From contig NC_134030.1 in the NCBI RefSeq assembly GCF_964204645.1, forward strand, positions 9,761,222 through 9,825,221: a stretch of 64,000 nucleotides of DNA, in the 5' to 3' direction. The notes beneath the pieces are model-generated. The model was not told the origin of the DNA and searched no databases. It saw only the letters and a program-made list of their open reading frames with translations. Source of the stretch: Tubulanus polymorphus. Taxonomy: Eukaryota > Animalia > Nemertea. This document shows positions 15,175 to 29,198 of this stretch, piece by piece. Position 1 is the first letter of the stretch. The number at the start of each line of letters is the position of its first letter. Made by a program: the position numbers and the translations under genes.

Positions 15175-15535
15175 AAGAAATCCCACAATTCAAATTTTAT
15201 ATGAGATGATTTATTAGAATGAAACCACAACTTTCGGCTGTTGACTAACAGCCATCATCAGGTGGACTGACGGGAAAACAGGAAGTAACGCTGCACAAAA
15301 ACTTACAGGACATAAACAAAAGCGATGTGTAAGAATAAATGTAAACAGAATAAGAGACATATGGAAACAACCAGGGGTACCTTAGAAACCACGAAATCTG
15401 TAAACATTCTTACACATCGCTTTTGTTTATGTCCTGTAAGTTTGTATGCTACGTTACTTCTGTTTTCTGGTCATTCCAGCTGATGATGGCTGTTAGTCAA
15501 CAGCCGAAACGTGGGTTTCATTCTAATAAATCATA
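15175..15535. mobile_element. Penelope-like inverted repeat with a hammerhead-like motif in each arm
   Basis: Arms about 15206-15345 and 15405-15535 are reverse complements; CTGATGA-T-GGCTGTT-agtc-AACAGCC-GAAA on + (15480-15509) and on - (15225-15265). Confidence 0.75.
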
Positions 15536-18131
15536 TGATAATTCGACGACGTTAGTGAAAGAGATTACACTTACCGGGTGAATGCGACAATCGTTACTTA
15601 AATGTAATCAGCGTTCGTCGAGCGGCTTTTTATTGAAACATACATCGTCGTCGTATCATTTAAGTATTTCCACGGCCGTTTAACGGAATAGTCCCGTCGA
15701 AACAATCTCAGACTCGACGATAATGATCTCGGGAGACATCTCCGTTCAGCGACGATGAAAATTACATAATGAACGATAACGCTTTTAAAAGAAAGCGAAG
15801 TAGTGACGGTCGGACACGGTGCTGCGTAGCCGCTAGTTGAACAGCGGTTTCATAACGACTGTCGCAACGCGCTCGCCAATTCGATTTATAGCCATGCACG
15901 TGTGCGCGTTAATGAAACGGATACCATAGCCATGAAAAATGCGAACCGAGAAATCCAATTTATTAAAAAGAATCTTATTATCTTGTAAGTCGTATCGGCC
16001 ATTAGTTCTAGGCGATTGCAGTCATGATGTCGACGGTATTTTAGAATACTGAACGAGTGTAAAAAACAACACCGGGTGATACTGCCGAACTAATGGCTTA
16101 TCGTCTATCGTTAACTACCTGATGTCTTCTATCTAGAAGGATTATCAACAATTTCCTTTGCAAATAAAATCTTAAAAGGACAAAATATAAATCCAAATGT
16201 GTTGTTATGAGGGTTAGAAAAGCTCCGTTTTGTCCAGTGTTTTCTCTGTGGGAGGGTCACCAGAAGACACGCAAAATTTCGTGCTCCCAGCCCTCACATT
16301 GCCGTCACATTGTAAGTAAGCCCTATTCAAATTAAGTGCCCATTCCAATTTTCAGGTCCATCCCCTTCTAGACCTCTAGATTTCTAGAATTCTAGATCCA
16401 TCCGGTGCGCGTCATATTTTCAGAGTAGACCCGGAAAGTATCATCAGGTTATCGGAAGGGCACTGGATACGTTATCATCATCCGGAAATTTCCTCTTCCG
16501 ACGCCCTAAAAGCAAGGAATTCTTTTTTGCGCGCCAAACGGAGAAAACTAGTAGTTTTTGGCGTTCGAGGCTTCTAGCGCCCTCATTTGCATGTGTATCA
16601 GGAATTTCAGGTAATGGCCCGAATCAGTCACCATATTCCCCGCCAAGCAATATTCATAAACAACTACTCCCCGCAGACGTTTGGGGGCGTATCTTGATCT
16701 GATCCACTTCCTTTGTTTTCGACTATACCAGCGCTAGAAACTGCCTTAAAGAAGTATGTAAGTTTGTGATGTTATAAGGCGTTAACAATCTTCAACGTAT
16801 ACAGATTTTGTTATGCATAACATGAACACTTTCCATTTGTTTGTTCGTGCAAAACGTAAAAATATATACATATATCAAGAATGATAATAATCATAATAGT
16901 AATCTATTTCCACAATAAATTACAACATGCCACGAGGAGATATAAAAATATACAATTACAAGATATTCTAATGTAATGTGGATGAGATTAGTTGAAGCCA
17001 ACAAAGGCTTATAAAAGTTTCAAATCCGCCAGCGCACATTGATTCAAACTAACTGACATACACATATATAATACGTGCACAAGCATGTCACGCACACACT
17101 CACACGAACATATCCAAGAAATATGATTGTAAAAAAATCAAAAAATTTCTGTGCTTTTACTTTGAAAGAAGTGGTGATATCCGACGAAGTTTACGGAAAA
17201 AAGTTTTTCTGTGAATGTTCGTCATTTATATTTCATCCCGTGCCTAAAAAAGGATGTCCCTTTTTTGCACCAATGATTTTACTGTGCAGTTGAATGTTGG
17301 GAATGGAAAATTCTTCGTTTAAACGGATTGCTGAAGGTAATTCAGCGATTATTCGTTTCGGCGTTCTGGCACCTTCGTCATTTGCATATCAGGGATGTTC
17401 CGTTATAGCCAGAATCAGCCACCATAGATAAAACGGAGACCAGTGAAATGGATTTTCTATCCCAAATAAGTATTCGGGTTAATCGATGTGGTACGAATGA
17501 AGTAGTTAGTACTTGACTCGTTTGAGAGACATACAAAAATGAATCGATCAAATAAAAGCAGTAACAAGCGGAAATTGATACGCTCAAAACTATCATAAAT
17601 CAGGTTAAGAGCGTCTGGCGTGGTTTGGTCGCTGCTCCGTAACGCGTATCTGTTTCACGGTATAGTGTATATGCATCAAATGCGTAATGTGCACACTCGA
17701 AGCTATGGCTATGCCAATGTCATCGGAAACACTTCATAAATTCATATGGCTAAAAACGATATTTCTTGTTTTTTCTCTAAATGTATATGCGTATCTATTT
17801 TCAATCGGTCATTACGCAAAATATGTCAAGGCGTATCCTATTTCAAGTATATCTATATATAATTGACCGACCTTCCATCGCGTTCAAAAAAGATGTGCGT
17901 AAATTGCTGGCGACGCAATAGCCAGAAATGTCATAATCGTGCGATCAAATCTAAATCAATTCGAATGCAGTTTTCTATTCAGTTTGATTTTTCAGTTCAA
18001 TATATTTGATTAAATCTGAAACCCCACTTCGGGTGTAACAAGCAAGACAGTTACTAAATACGAATTATCTAGTGGACGTTCTCGAATGGACATATTAAGA
18101 TGAATCGTCGGTGTTGTATTTTAGAATCGAC

Positions 18132-18615
18132 ACAGCGGCGGATCCGGCTTATCTTCCATGGCTTCCGGAAGGCAATATAGATTTCCAAAATGCCCTTTTA
18201 AATTCAAAGTAGTAGATTTTCATGAAAAAAATCTATCTTTCTTTTGAGAAGATAGGTGAAGACGGATAAAAAGGCGCACCATTTCCAATTGAAAAGCCAC
18301 ATAAACTAATAAGAACAAAGAAAGGGGCACTTTTTCTGGGCCAATATTGTGACAAAATTTTTTAAAAGGGCAAAAAACTTTCAGAAAATCTTATCTTAAA
18401 ATTCCACTTTGATTTTCTTTGTGTTTTGAGCCAATTAGAACCTCTTAAATTGCATCTCAGGGCCCTCAAACCCCCGATATTGCCTTCACGCCTATGCCAC
18501 TCGCATGGCATGGATCGTCGCGTTGTGTTACACCCTTGCCCTTTTATTTAATATTAAATAGTGCCCTTTTAAATTTGGAAGGTATAGTTTAATATAGCCC
18601 ATCGATCCGCCCCTG
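18132..18615. mobile_element. hAT-like MITE (CAG..GGCGGATCC / GATCCGCCCCTG ends)
   Basis: cagcggcggatcc at 18132 and gatccgcccctg at about 18604-18615. Confidence 0.55.
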
Positions 18616-19567
18616 CAAATCGAAGTTTGTCAAGTCTCAGCCTTAGATGAATCGACTGTCTGGAACGAAGACTGTGATCTATCTGCCCAATGGTTTATAA
18701 TCAATAGTTCGTGTATGCCGCATACGTCCTCTCGATAAGAAAATATTGAAATTTGTGCCATTGTGTCGTCGTATAAGCCGATTGGAATATGTGAAACGAA
18801 AGGAATCCTCTTTCTTCAAAACCTTCTTCCTTTGCACCTGTGTATATAAACTGGCTGCAAAGTAATGGCCGATGTGATCCTGTCACCACAAAAATACCGA
18901 ACGCTTTTACGACAATCTTAATTAATATCGATACGATCACATCGCTGAGCCATCTATGAGAACCTGTCAGCGTCACGACGCATGGTAAACATCTTACAGC
19001 GTTTCCCACGTATCGATTCGGCGATGGACTTAGGCCGCGTTTGACGTTGATCCTTATTACCTTGTCAAAGTATATTTTCTAATCAGCGAACAATACGAAG
19101 AATATCAATTTATAGCCATTACATTCGTAAAGTACGTTCGGTACGCGCACGAACTGTCGGTTGAATTTTAAAAAATGAAAAAAAAATAGGCGCAGAGCAA
19201 TTCGAAGCGTAATGAGAAATCGCTGGAAAAAAATGAAAACCGTGAATCTACACTTCGATAGAGTGATAGATTGAATATTTACCTAGGAAAACTTTGACGA
19301 TTACCGCAAATCAAAGACACTCGAAGGGGAACACGGAAATTCAATTTCCAGTGAATGACGCTTAAGCTGTTTGAAAAAGTTTACCACGCAACGATGTTGG
19401 CGAAACCTCTTCGTACCATAAATCATTAGTTGGCATATTTTCAAGTACGAGACGGAGCTCGGTGAAAATGAGTATAGAGTCTACTAGATGCTCGCTTTAC
19501 AGCAGCAACATGGATGGACAAAACGCTTTTGCATATTCTTCTTAGGAGATGGTATTATCGAGCTTCG

Positions 19568-19890
19568 ATGGGGAACCAGTAACACCAGTTATCCCACCAG
19601 GTGGTCGTCTCGTTGTGAAATTAGTTCATTTTCAATGCATATGAACTGGATTTTTAGACTCCCTAATCCATATATCACCATAGAACCAAATATTACAGAT
19701 AATTAATTTTTCTACTCAAATGTTGGTATAGTTTCATTACTGAGTGATTTATTTAAGAGAAAAGTTCATTCTGATTTTAAGTAGAAGAAATCGAATGCGG
19801 ACGACCAACTATCTACTAGCGACACTTTGCGGATCCTCGCCTGCCATACGAGGAATCCTCGATCTCACAGTAGCGGTGCGAGTACCCCAT
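19568..19890 (+). mobile_element. GGGGTACC-TIR MITE copy
   Basis: atggggaacc...gtaccccat ends and the family core sequence. Confidence 0.75.
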
Positions 19891-20002
19891 AATCTGTCGG
19901 AAAACCTCATCAAAAAGAATGCATTTCAAAACGTCTAATAGACACCGAAATAGGTACTGATTTTCGCGTGTTACAAAGTAACGATTGTTGGCCCTTCATT
20001 TC

Positions 20003-20350
20003 ATCCTCCCTCGGCAGGGATTCGAACCTGATGGCATCGCTACACTCAGCCATGGCACGAATTCCTGCCACACTAGACTGGGTGCGCAGGTACATGCGCT
20101 ACATGAGCAGTTTTGCCGCACGAAAACTTGCGGCACCAATTAGATTGCTTGTGGTATTATCGCTGAGGTAAATTTCACGGAAGAACTATAAATGGGAAAA
20201 CCCGGGCTGAAGTTAAACGGGATATCTGATTGGCTAATAATGACATCACCAAAGCTGCGCGTGTAGCTGCACACTCGGTCTATTGTGGCAGGGTTTCGTA
20301 CCGTGGCAATCTCGATGCCATCAGGTTCGAATCCATGCCGGGAGGATGCT
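20003..20350. mobile_element. Foldback/MITE with B-box-like GGTTCGAATCC in both arms
   Basis: catcctcc..ggcagggattcgaacctgatggcatcg versus cgatgccatcaggttcgaatcc..gccgggaggatg; reverse copy at about 44498-44760. Confidence 0.65.
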
Positions 20351-21985
20351 TCAAAAATACACCAAACATGATCAGGCGAGCCAATGAAATTATGATCTTT
20401 CGACACCCAAATCTTACTGTCTTTTCATGAGTCCAAAATATGCTCTGCAGATATTTTTTTTCAATTTTCAGCATTCTGTGTAGCGAGTCGGAGTTATCTC
20501 TACGCAAAACACACTGAACGTTCATTTGACGCTCCATAATTGTCAATTTGATTGATTGATTCGATCAGCCACTAGCGCTTACATTGAAGTTATCATTATG
20601 GACTCCTTCGGGTTTATCAATAGCAATCTCGGATTTGAAGCAAGATTTCTGACAAAGATTTCAAATGGTAACAATATCAGTACTACATTTCATTTTACTA
20701 ACAAGGGATGATGAATTGAGATGTCGATGCGCATTGCTGCTTCATGACGGGTCTTGAAAATTAAGTGGTATAGAATCAACAGGGACCCATTTCACAGACA
20801 TACTTAAAAGTCTCATCGGTCATGACTGAAATATTGATGATATTTTAATGAAATAGATAGTGAGCGAGCCCATGGAAGGGAATCTTCTGAGTAAAGCCGG
20901 TCGTGGGTCGGCCTTGCGACTCACTGCGATGCGATTCACTGTGACCCAACGCCGACCTACGCCCGGCATTAGACACTTATGACGACCGGTGCTTTGACGG
21001 AATTGCTCGTCAAAAAAATAATGGAACCTCGAACACAAAGACTTATTCGAAAGAAATGAATGCTTTTGTTACGAACGGTAATATCCGGTATGCTCGGGGT
21101 TTAGTTTCCCTGATACGTCGCCAACAACGCGGGAGATCGGTGACCCCTGAGCCGCGCAGACTGTACAGAAATTTCCCGTCTATCGATATTCGCTTGCAGT
21201 GTCAGACGACGCCTGACGTTTTGACACGACGATGTTTTGTGCGATATGGAACCGATGTTGATAAACATGACAATCAATCATATGCACTTGTTCGAAGATA
21301 ATCTCCAGTTTCCTTATTCGCAGATGATTGAGCAGGTAGATAGAATCGAATTGATAAAAACGCGTATATAAGTTCCGCGCGCTACATCGACTATTTATCC
21401 AGTTTGGTCATATCTTCAGCTTCTGCCATATCACATATTCGCAATAAAACCGATGTACTTTCATTTGCGTTTCGAAATGTGATTCCGTTCGAGCAAGCCA
21501 ACACGCGGGACAAATCAACTACTTCTACATCAACTTGTACCCGAGAAAAAACATAAAAAACATAATCATAAACTTTCGGTCTATTTACACGTAGGAAACG
21601 ACCAAAAAACATTTAGAATGGACAAAATGTTCTTCAACCTTGTAATATAGTGTTATTTCCGAAATATCGATGTATTAAATTGGCAGCCAACAAACTTAAC
21701 CACAATCGCCCGCCTGCCGGTTCAGACTGGTTGGAAGATTGTTTGAATGCTCTTACTATATCTGTACTTCGATTTCCGATTAAAAAATCAAACCCCCTGT
21801 TTCGATCCCGGCAGGTGTGGTGGGTTTGTAAGGGACACGAAATCAAACGAAATCTACCAATCAGACGAATAACAGGGTCTCTATTCTGAGATAGAAAAAA
21901 TACTGAAGTACTTATTGAAAAAGAAAAACCCAATACAGTCCGATTGCTCACGATTGGTAGAACACTATATCCGTGTTGACGCGAT

Positions 21986-22495
21986 GAGGAGAGAATCCCA
22001 CAATGATAATAAAATTTTCACCCCATAATAAACTTATATCAAAATTCCTCTGTAAACTGGTTAAACTCAACACTTGATTTCCCCTTTGATTATTTGTTAT
22101 TTGTTCTCTCATCAATTTCGTCTCTGACTTAACTTGTATTCACCTTTGTTTTAATTTAAGTGCCCCCTAGTTTGTCTTTCTTTTTACTGCTGACTTTAAG
22201 TTTCATTTATATTTATACTCACTATTGTTGTTTATAATTACCCCTTAGTTTGCTTCCCTTTAATCTATTTTAGCGTGTAACTGTTTCTACGTTAATTTTC
22301 CTTTAGTTTGTATCATCTCTGATTACTTGAATTAGTCTCTTTGTCTCTGGATTGTATATATATATCTCATAATTTCTGTAGTATCTCATTATTCCTGAAG
22401 ATGACTATTAGGATAAAGTCGAAACGTTGAAATAAACTACTATCTCGAAGTTTCATTTTCGGACTTTTTATTATCATTGTGGGATTCTCTCCTCA
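21986..22495 (+). mobile_element. Penelope-like 3' fragment with minimal hammerhead
   Basis: Terminal inverted gaggagagaatcccacaatgataataaaa / ttttattatcattgtgggattctctcctc; hammerhead core at 22392-22431. Confidence 0.65.
22392..22431 (+). ncRNA. Minimal type I hammerhead ribozyme motif (PLE type)
   Basis: TTC-CTGAAGA-T-GACT..AGTC-GAAA-CGTT-GAA: core CUGANGA/GAAA, stem II, palindromic AACGUU, GUU triplet, 3-bp stem I. Confidence 0.55.
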
Positions 22496-22830
22496 GTCCG
22501 ATTGATATTTTCCTATAAGTAAGTATTTAGATAAAGATATATATCCTGATTGGCATGATGGCCGTTTTGGGATTTTGTTTTTAGTCAAATCTAAAGTTAG
22601 TTTATATTTTGAGTTTTGTTTATAATTATTTGTAGCCAATATTTCTAGTATGTCTTTTATATACATATGAATTTGCTTATAATGTACTATTACTGTACCT
22701 CAGCGAATTCTATACTGTAAATCTTTATTTAAAAATAAAACGCTATATTTAAGTTAAAAAAGTCAAATTCTAATACTGTCCGATGATAATCTAATCTAGG
22801 TATAGTTAGTTTTTAGAGGTTATGATTGAA

Positions 22831-22981
22831 TCATCATCGTCGTCATAGTCATCACCGCCGCCGTCTTCACCGTCACCGCCGTCGTCGTCACCGTCACAGC
22901 GGCCGCCGCCGCCGCCGCCGTAGTCGTCACCGCCGCTGCCACCGTCGTCGTCGTCGTAGTCGTCACCGCTGTCGTTGTCGC
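22831..22981. repeat. Compound trinucleotide microsatellite (CGT/CAC/CGC)
   Basis: Runs of cgtcaccgccgtcgtcgtcacc. Confidence 0.9.
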
Positions 22982-25900
22982 CTCTACAGGAGCGGATAAT
23001 CTCGCCATTGTCGCTAAATGCGTCCCCTTTCGCGTCCCTTCGACTTTTCCACGTATAGTAGTGTTATTGAGTGTTCGCTTAGAGCGAACTTCGCCAAAGT
23101 TTCTTGCTCAACGCCTAATCGATTTGTGAAGTGGAATCCAGGGCGTCGATATGAAAAAGAATTTCTTCTTGACTTTGAAAGACTTGTGAGCTGCGTTTGC
23201 TGTACGTATTTCCGGTCTGTAAGAATATCGAATTTGGTTAGCTATCGACCTTCTCTCTTGTTGAAAAGAAGGCCCCAGAACTAGATATCAGAGTCGCTAG
23301 GGCCCAAACGAAACCGGCCTGAAAACCGATTGTCTAAAACAGAACTTTAAAAGTAGCCGAGATATTGACCGATACAGACGTATTTTGAATATCAAATCGA
23401 GCCGTTTATCGGTGGGAATATTTTTAGCCGACGGCATATCTTCAAATCTTTTGCGTGTCGATACGGCAGCGCTGTGAGTAAAAAAGGGGCGGTCTGATTC
23501 CACCGCAAGACCTGCATGTTTGTTCGCATTTCATCCATTTATTGCCGGGAAACGACGCGTGTTCAGCCTTGATCAGATTGTTTTGATCAAGACACACGTC
23601 GACGTATAATCATGTCTACATTCCGTATGTATTTTTGGTTCGGTGGACGCGCTAGACCGTCGTTTTCGATACTCGGCAGCCGATCAGTCTTTGACACGGT
23701 TAGGAGGCAGCAGTCCGGGGTTCAGCTGCGCGAAAAGGTTTAAACGGTAAACCGAAGTCCGAAAAACAAATCAAAATCAACATAAACCTTTTTGTTAAAA
23801 AGGGCGGTGCGCTAGGTCTTCGTCGATATCGAAAGAGGAAGAAAATCAGTTTTAAAATGACTGCGCTAACTAGACAAAATGCAGAAAATTGAGCACAGCT
23901 TAATCAAAGTACTTCTTAAAACATCCCCTCATCGAATGAATGGGATCTGAGCAGAAACGATTAATCAATAAGTTTGAAATGACCTTTTTGGAATCAAAAA
24001 AGTAGCGATCCCCGGCTTGATAGGAAAATCAAGCAGAGTTGACCTGAACCCTGATCGAACTCCAGTCTCATCAGTCATTCTACATCATTACTGCGTTTAC
24101 GACTTATTTCAATTTCGATACATCTTTTTAATGTTTTTCATCGTCGTAAAATCTGGAAACCGGTGACATTTCAAAAGCACGCGATGTAAACATTAAAAAG
24201 ACCTCCTGCATTCACGTTAATCGTGATAGCAGTGTACACACGTATTGAGCGTTGCAGGTGCGTATTTCAAAAGTAGAACGAAAACGGCGGCGTCTCCATC
24301 GTTATCGAAACAGTTGAAATCGACTAGCTTCGATTTTATCTCTCGAATTCGAATCTATCGAATTCATAACGCAAGGGAAAATCTTAACGAGGATTATAGC
24401 GTATAGCAGTTCTAAATCCGTAATGATAAAAGCGTCGGTAATTATGATGTTTGTATCAAGAAGGTGTTTTACGCTACGGTGTTCACCGGTATAAAAAGAA
24501 ACCTTGGGAAACGCTATATCTTCACGCAAATTAGAATTTGGTTGAATACGATTCTTTGATGTAAATGCTTTAGTCGGGCCAGCACTATACTGACTTATAA
24601 AATCTAAATCAGGGCTAGGCATCTTTCTCTTTAATTCTATTTATTATTTAGACATAACGTGTATGTGACGATAATAAATAAATGAATAGCAGACGCATCC
24701 CTATTAATAATAACAAATGAATGTATAATGAAACTGAATTCCACTGTCAACGAGAACAACAACTTAAGAATTTACGAATTAAGATGTTCTACAATAAAAT
24801 ATTATACGATGAAATTTATGAAATGGAAACCAGTTTCGGCCGTTGCTCCATTCCACCTGATGATGGCTGTGAGTCAAAGAATTAAGATGTCCCGCAATAG
24901 AATTTTGAATGATGAAATTTTGAGAAAAAATTTCATCATTCGCAAAATTTGTGGTTTCGATTTCATAAATTTCATCGTATAATTTCAGATTTTCTGGCAA
25001 CATTTGGGTCCTGAAGATGCTGCAAGTAATCTTAGTAAAAATGTCTGGCTGTGCTGAACTGATTTCCAATAGATGGGTAGAAAGATCCAGAATCTTCTGG
25101 GTTTCATCATAAAATCCATTGTGGGACTTCTTAATTCATCTACAGTTTAGGCGGAGTGTTTTATTCGACTTACTAACAATTAGAAGGTTTATTGACACAG
25201 GTATATATTGCTTATACTATCGACAATGAATACTGTAATATGACATTTAGGATTTCTTAGTTTAGTTTATCGACAATTAGATTAGGTTTGCCGGCAACCA
25301 GGCTAACCAGGCTAGCCCAAATATTGATGATGGAGGGCACATCAGCTCAACGCTGATTATCAAAGATATGCATTAAGAAATTTATCAAATTGAAAATAAG
25401 AGATCAGTAATATACATTCCAATCATTTTTAGGATGACCAACACGTACACTGTTATAAAACGTAGTAATAAACTTCCTGTTCAACCTACCTTGACAGCGT
25501 GATCCGTGCGGTACTTCCCACATAACGATACCGCGGTTATGAATTCGTAAATACGATTGGAATAAGTTTTCAACAGCTAAAAAAGATGATAAACGCACTT
25601 GTAATAATCCGACGATTATGTTCGCATTCGTAGATCAAAGGAATAAAGCGACGCGCGTGCGCGAGTGACTATTTTTGCTTTCACATCGAACGTGCAAAAC
25701 GTGGCGCGTAACGTCCACGGCGCGAAATGCGATGAAATGTTCAATTTTCCAGAGCGCTGAAGCAAACGTTGAGACAACGCTTGAAAATTGAATTCGTAAT
25801 ATAGATGAATGCGACCAGCCCAGACGGCGTCGGCTTCGGCGGCGCAACTGTCATTCGGCCGCGAATCGATTTTACCCGGTTAGCAACGGTCAGTAACTTC

Positions 25901-27639
25901 CGCTCTTGATCGCCCGCTTTTTTCCGCTGTGACGTATAACTTAGTTAACTGATTCCGTGCTTTTCCGGTGTTCTTTAAATCACCATCGCGTCGCGAAGGG
26001 AATTCGATTTTTACTTCACGTAAATATACTCTATGGAATCTGTAACGAAAAGCAGCGACCAAGACTGAAACAAACCTTGAAAGCAATCAAGCAAACAAAC
26101 TGATTCTTCTCTGTGAGCTGCAATTCGAAATGTATAGTTCGACCAAAAAATTAATTAAAATTTGCCAGGTGCTTCCTAGCGCAGTTGTGCCTTGAAATCT
26201 CTTTATCGAGAAAAATCCACTAAAGTGTATTTGTCTGTATGAATGTATGTAAGTTATTGCTGGTCCGTGTTTCTCGGAACTCCGATCAATATAGGAGGAC
26301 AGAGCGCACGATTGCGACGATCAATCGCGAAAGAAAACTCGACCGACAACAACGTACAGCGTGTCGTCGGTATTTCATCGCCTTGTATAGTTTATACCTC
26401 GAATCGGAGACGACTCGATCGTGAATGCGGGAAGCAAAAATTGATGACACTTTATTACGGCGCATATTCACGCCGGGTGACATTTCACTAGACCCATTGT
26501 CATGTAGATTTATTGGCGCTATAGCTTAAGTGTTATCATCACGTCCGCCGCGCGTGAAGTACGCGCAATTCATATTTTGCATAACGTTTGCAGCCTTTCT
26601 AGTGTTATTATCATTAATGTTGTATAATTTTGAGCGAAATTGTGTATAATGGGCTCAATAAGAAGTTTGATAATCGTGATCGTCTGCCGGCAACGGAAAC
26701 TGTGAAATCTGCTGTGAGGAAGCTTTGCGAAAGATGCACTCTTTCTATTCGAACGTTATACGGATGTAGTTCATTTCGATTATCATTTCGATAATACGCA
26801 ATATTGACCGGAACTATTCCAGAACGAAGCCCGGGCGATTTCGCCTGAATGATTTACAAGTTGCAGCTCTGTACATGCGTTGAAATTCAATGTTGGATAA
26901 CGTCACAATAATCAGTTATCAAACGAAGATAAACCGGTAATAATTCATGTTTTGTTACGCGAGCTGTCTGTTTACGATGGGCGGCTTTGTCGCATGATTT
27001 GTGGGCAACAAGAATATATCGATCCGTTGTTCGGGACGTTTAAACCATTTTCTCCGCGTCGTCAATATAGTTTAATAGTTAATATTCACTTCGAGTGTTC
27101 GGGTAGTGTTCGGGTATTGTGCGGAGTTTATGAGGGCGAACTTCGGTTTTCGTAGCTAGCCGACTAGTGGTCGGAACTGATAAACATAACGCGCTTAGTT
27201 CGGTCGTAACGTATTTCAGTGTCGGCCATCTTGGAAGTATAGGTCGGAATTACAAGTTCGCCCTATGGGTGTAAGTCTAAGGGCAAATACAGGATTTTGT
27301 GGGGTTACTCTGCTAGTCATCGCCCAGAAAATTTTGAAATATTAGTCCTGTTTTCATGTATTTTGAGCATTTAAGCCCTGTTTTAACCAACCATGTAGTT
27401 AGTAGCGTCGGCAAACTGAAAATAGATAATTCGATGGAAATTTTATTTGATGGGCTGCTCTTGCACCCAAAGCGTGTTCTGTCCCAAATCAGCCATCGCT
27501 GTTGTTTGAATTTTAGTGATCATCGCAACGACCCTTGCGTTTGTGCCTCTCTCGTGGAAACACGACGCCCACGCCCACAGCTGCGCCCATCACAGCGTCC
27601 GCGTGATCAATTAAAAATCAATTAAGTTTCTTTGGTATC

Positions 27640-27835
27640 TGAATATTGACCGGTATCATGTGTAGCCCCGATACATTGATAACGAAGTGCATCCTCTCAA
27701 AAATAAAAATTCAAATTTTTCAAAAATAAGATAGGAGTTAGGAAATATATCTGATTACAAAATAAACGCCGAAATTCACAATTGTAACTGTTATTTTGAA
27801 ACACCAATATTGATGACGTAGTGCACATCGACTCT
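27640..27835 (-). mobile_element. Interspersed repeat (gagtcgatgtgcactacgtcatca family)
   Basis: Reverse complement matches about 33685-33815 and 53260-53420. Confidence 0.6.
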
Positions 27836-29198
27836 CGGAGGACCCCTCAACGCATTCTATGTATCAATGTATATAAACATCATTATAACGGTTTTTACGG
27901 CGCCTAAAAGAAAATGAATACCATGTGGCTGCAAAGCAGTCCCTGTAAGATTTCGTGAATACGCTTTTAATGAATATAAAATCACCAAGAATTCTTCCTC
28001 TATCGCAATTTCCTCGGAAAACTAAGGGAACTATCTTTTATTTCGAAATAATTTAATTCATTTGAGTTAATCCGCGAGATTATTTTAGAGAAAATTGATG
28101 ATTGAGGAAATGCTGTTAATCAAAACGTGACCCGCCATAAGACTGAAAAGTTTTAATCCGACTTTTGTGTCGATTCATTTGTACAGAATCACGTAAAATC
28201 GTCGTTTCGCGTCGGTTTTTGTGGCGATTTCCCGTGACACGGGCTGCTATAGAAAACAGCTCGACCTCTCGACGCGACCTCAAAACCGGTGGCATTAGTG
28301 GCCACAGGCGTATGCAATCGGCAAGGATAATCTCCTCTCTGTAGACGAGAACGCGTAGCCCATTAATTGAGCGAGACATGCCTAATGCAAACCCCTTTTT
28401 CTAAAGCCACATCTCCCAAGCGTGTTCGCCATAATGCACCGTTGGCATTCTTATTACCAATTCGCACAATCGGCGAGTTCTCTACTCGTCGCTAAGAAGT
28501 ATATGACATATACAATGATTATGACGGTCGTAATGGGCTACATATTTCTTGCATGCACTCGATGACAGTGATTGAGATACGTTATCTTATAGTATTTTGG
28601 TTATCTGCTATTTGTAATCACGATCTTATTCAGCGGAAGATTCTCCACCGCATACTATTTCGTTTGAAATTCGTACATTGCGAAGACACGCTGCCTTTAA
28701 AAGCCGGATCTATTTGATATGAGATTCGTAAACAGTTTCAAACTCACGCATGAACCCATGTTGTATTTTGTTCAGGAAAACGGGTGTTATGAAATGGGGT
28801 TTTTAATATAATATAAAGAGAATAAATATTCACTTCCCATCGCATGGTATCGGAAGATCGCAGTTACGTTCTCCTCATCTGGATTATCAAAGAAACGTTC
28901 GACACGGGATCGCTTCCGCTAGAAAGGCCAGCTTTCTATAAAGTCTCTTCAACATTGGCACGGTATTAACGGGTCGACCAGCACGAAAGTACAACTTTCT
29001 CCTGATCGTGGAATCGAGGCAGACAAAATTTCAGCCAATCAGTGAGCAGGAATTCTAATCATGGACTCTTACTGCACCCAAAACAATTCTTCAGTACTGT
29101 ATCACTATGCTGTTTCAATGGCCAGTACCAGTACAAGACTGGCGCCTGTTGGGTCAGAAGTTCGAGTCCTGCGCAACACCATACATACTGGCCCCTGT

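Noticed and set aside
16585-16700. snRNA gene (octamer plus TCACC PSE-like)
   Set aside because: Spacing is wrong and no recognisable snRNA follows.
22820-23008. Thr/Ala-rich antifreeze- or mucin-like ORF
   Set aside because: Translation of a trinucleotide microsatellite with no splice or signal context.
29120-29181. tRNA-like 3' end (GTTCGAGTCC...CACCA)
   Set aside because: T-stem pairs poorly; no acceptor, D or anticodon arms; at most a SINE remnant.
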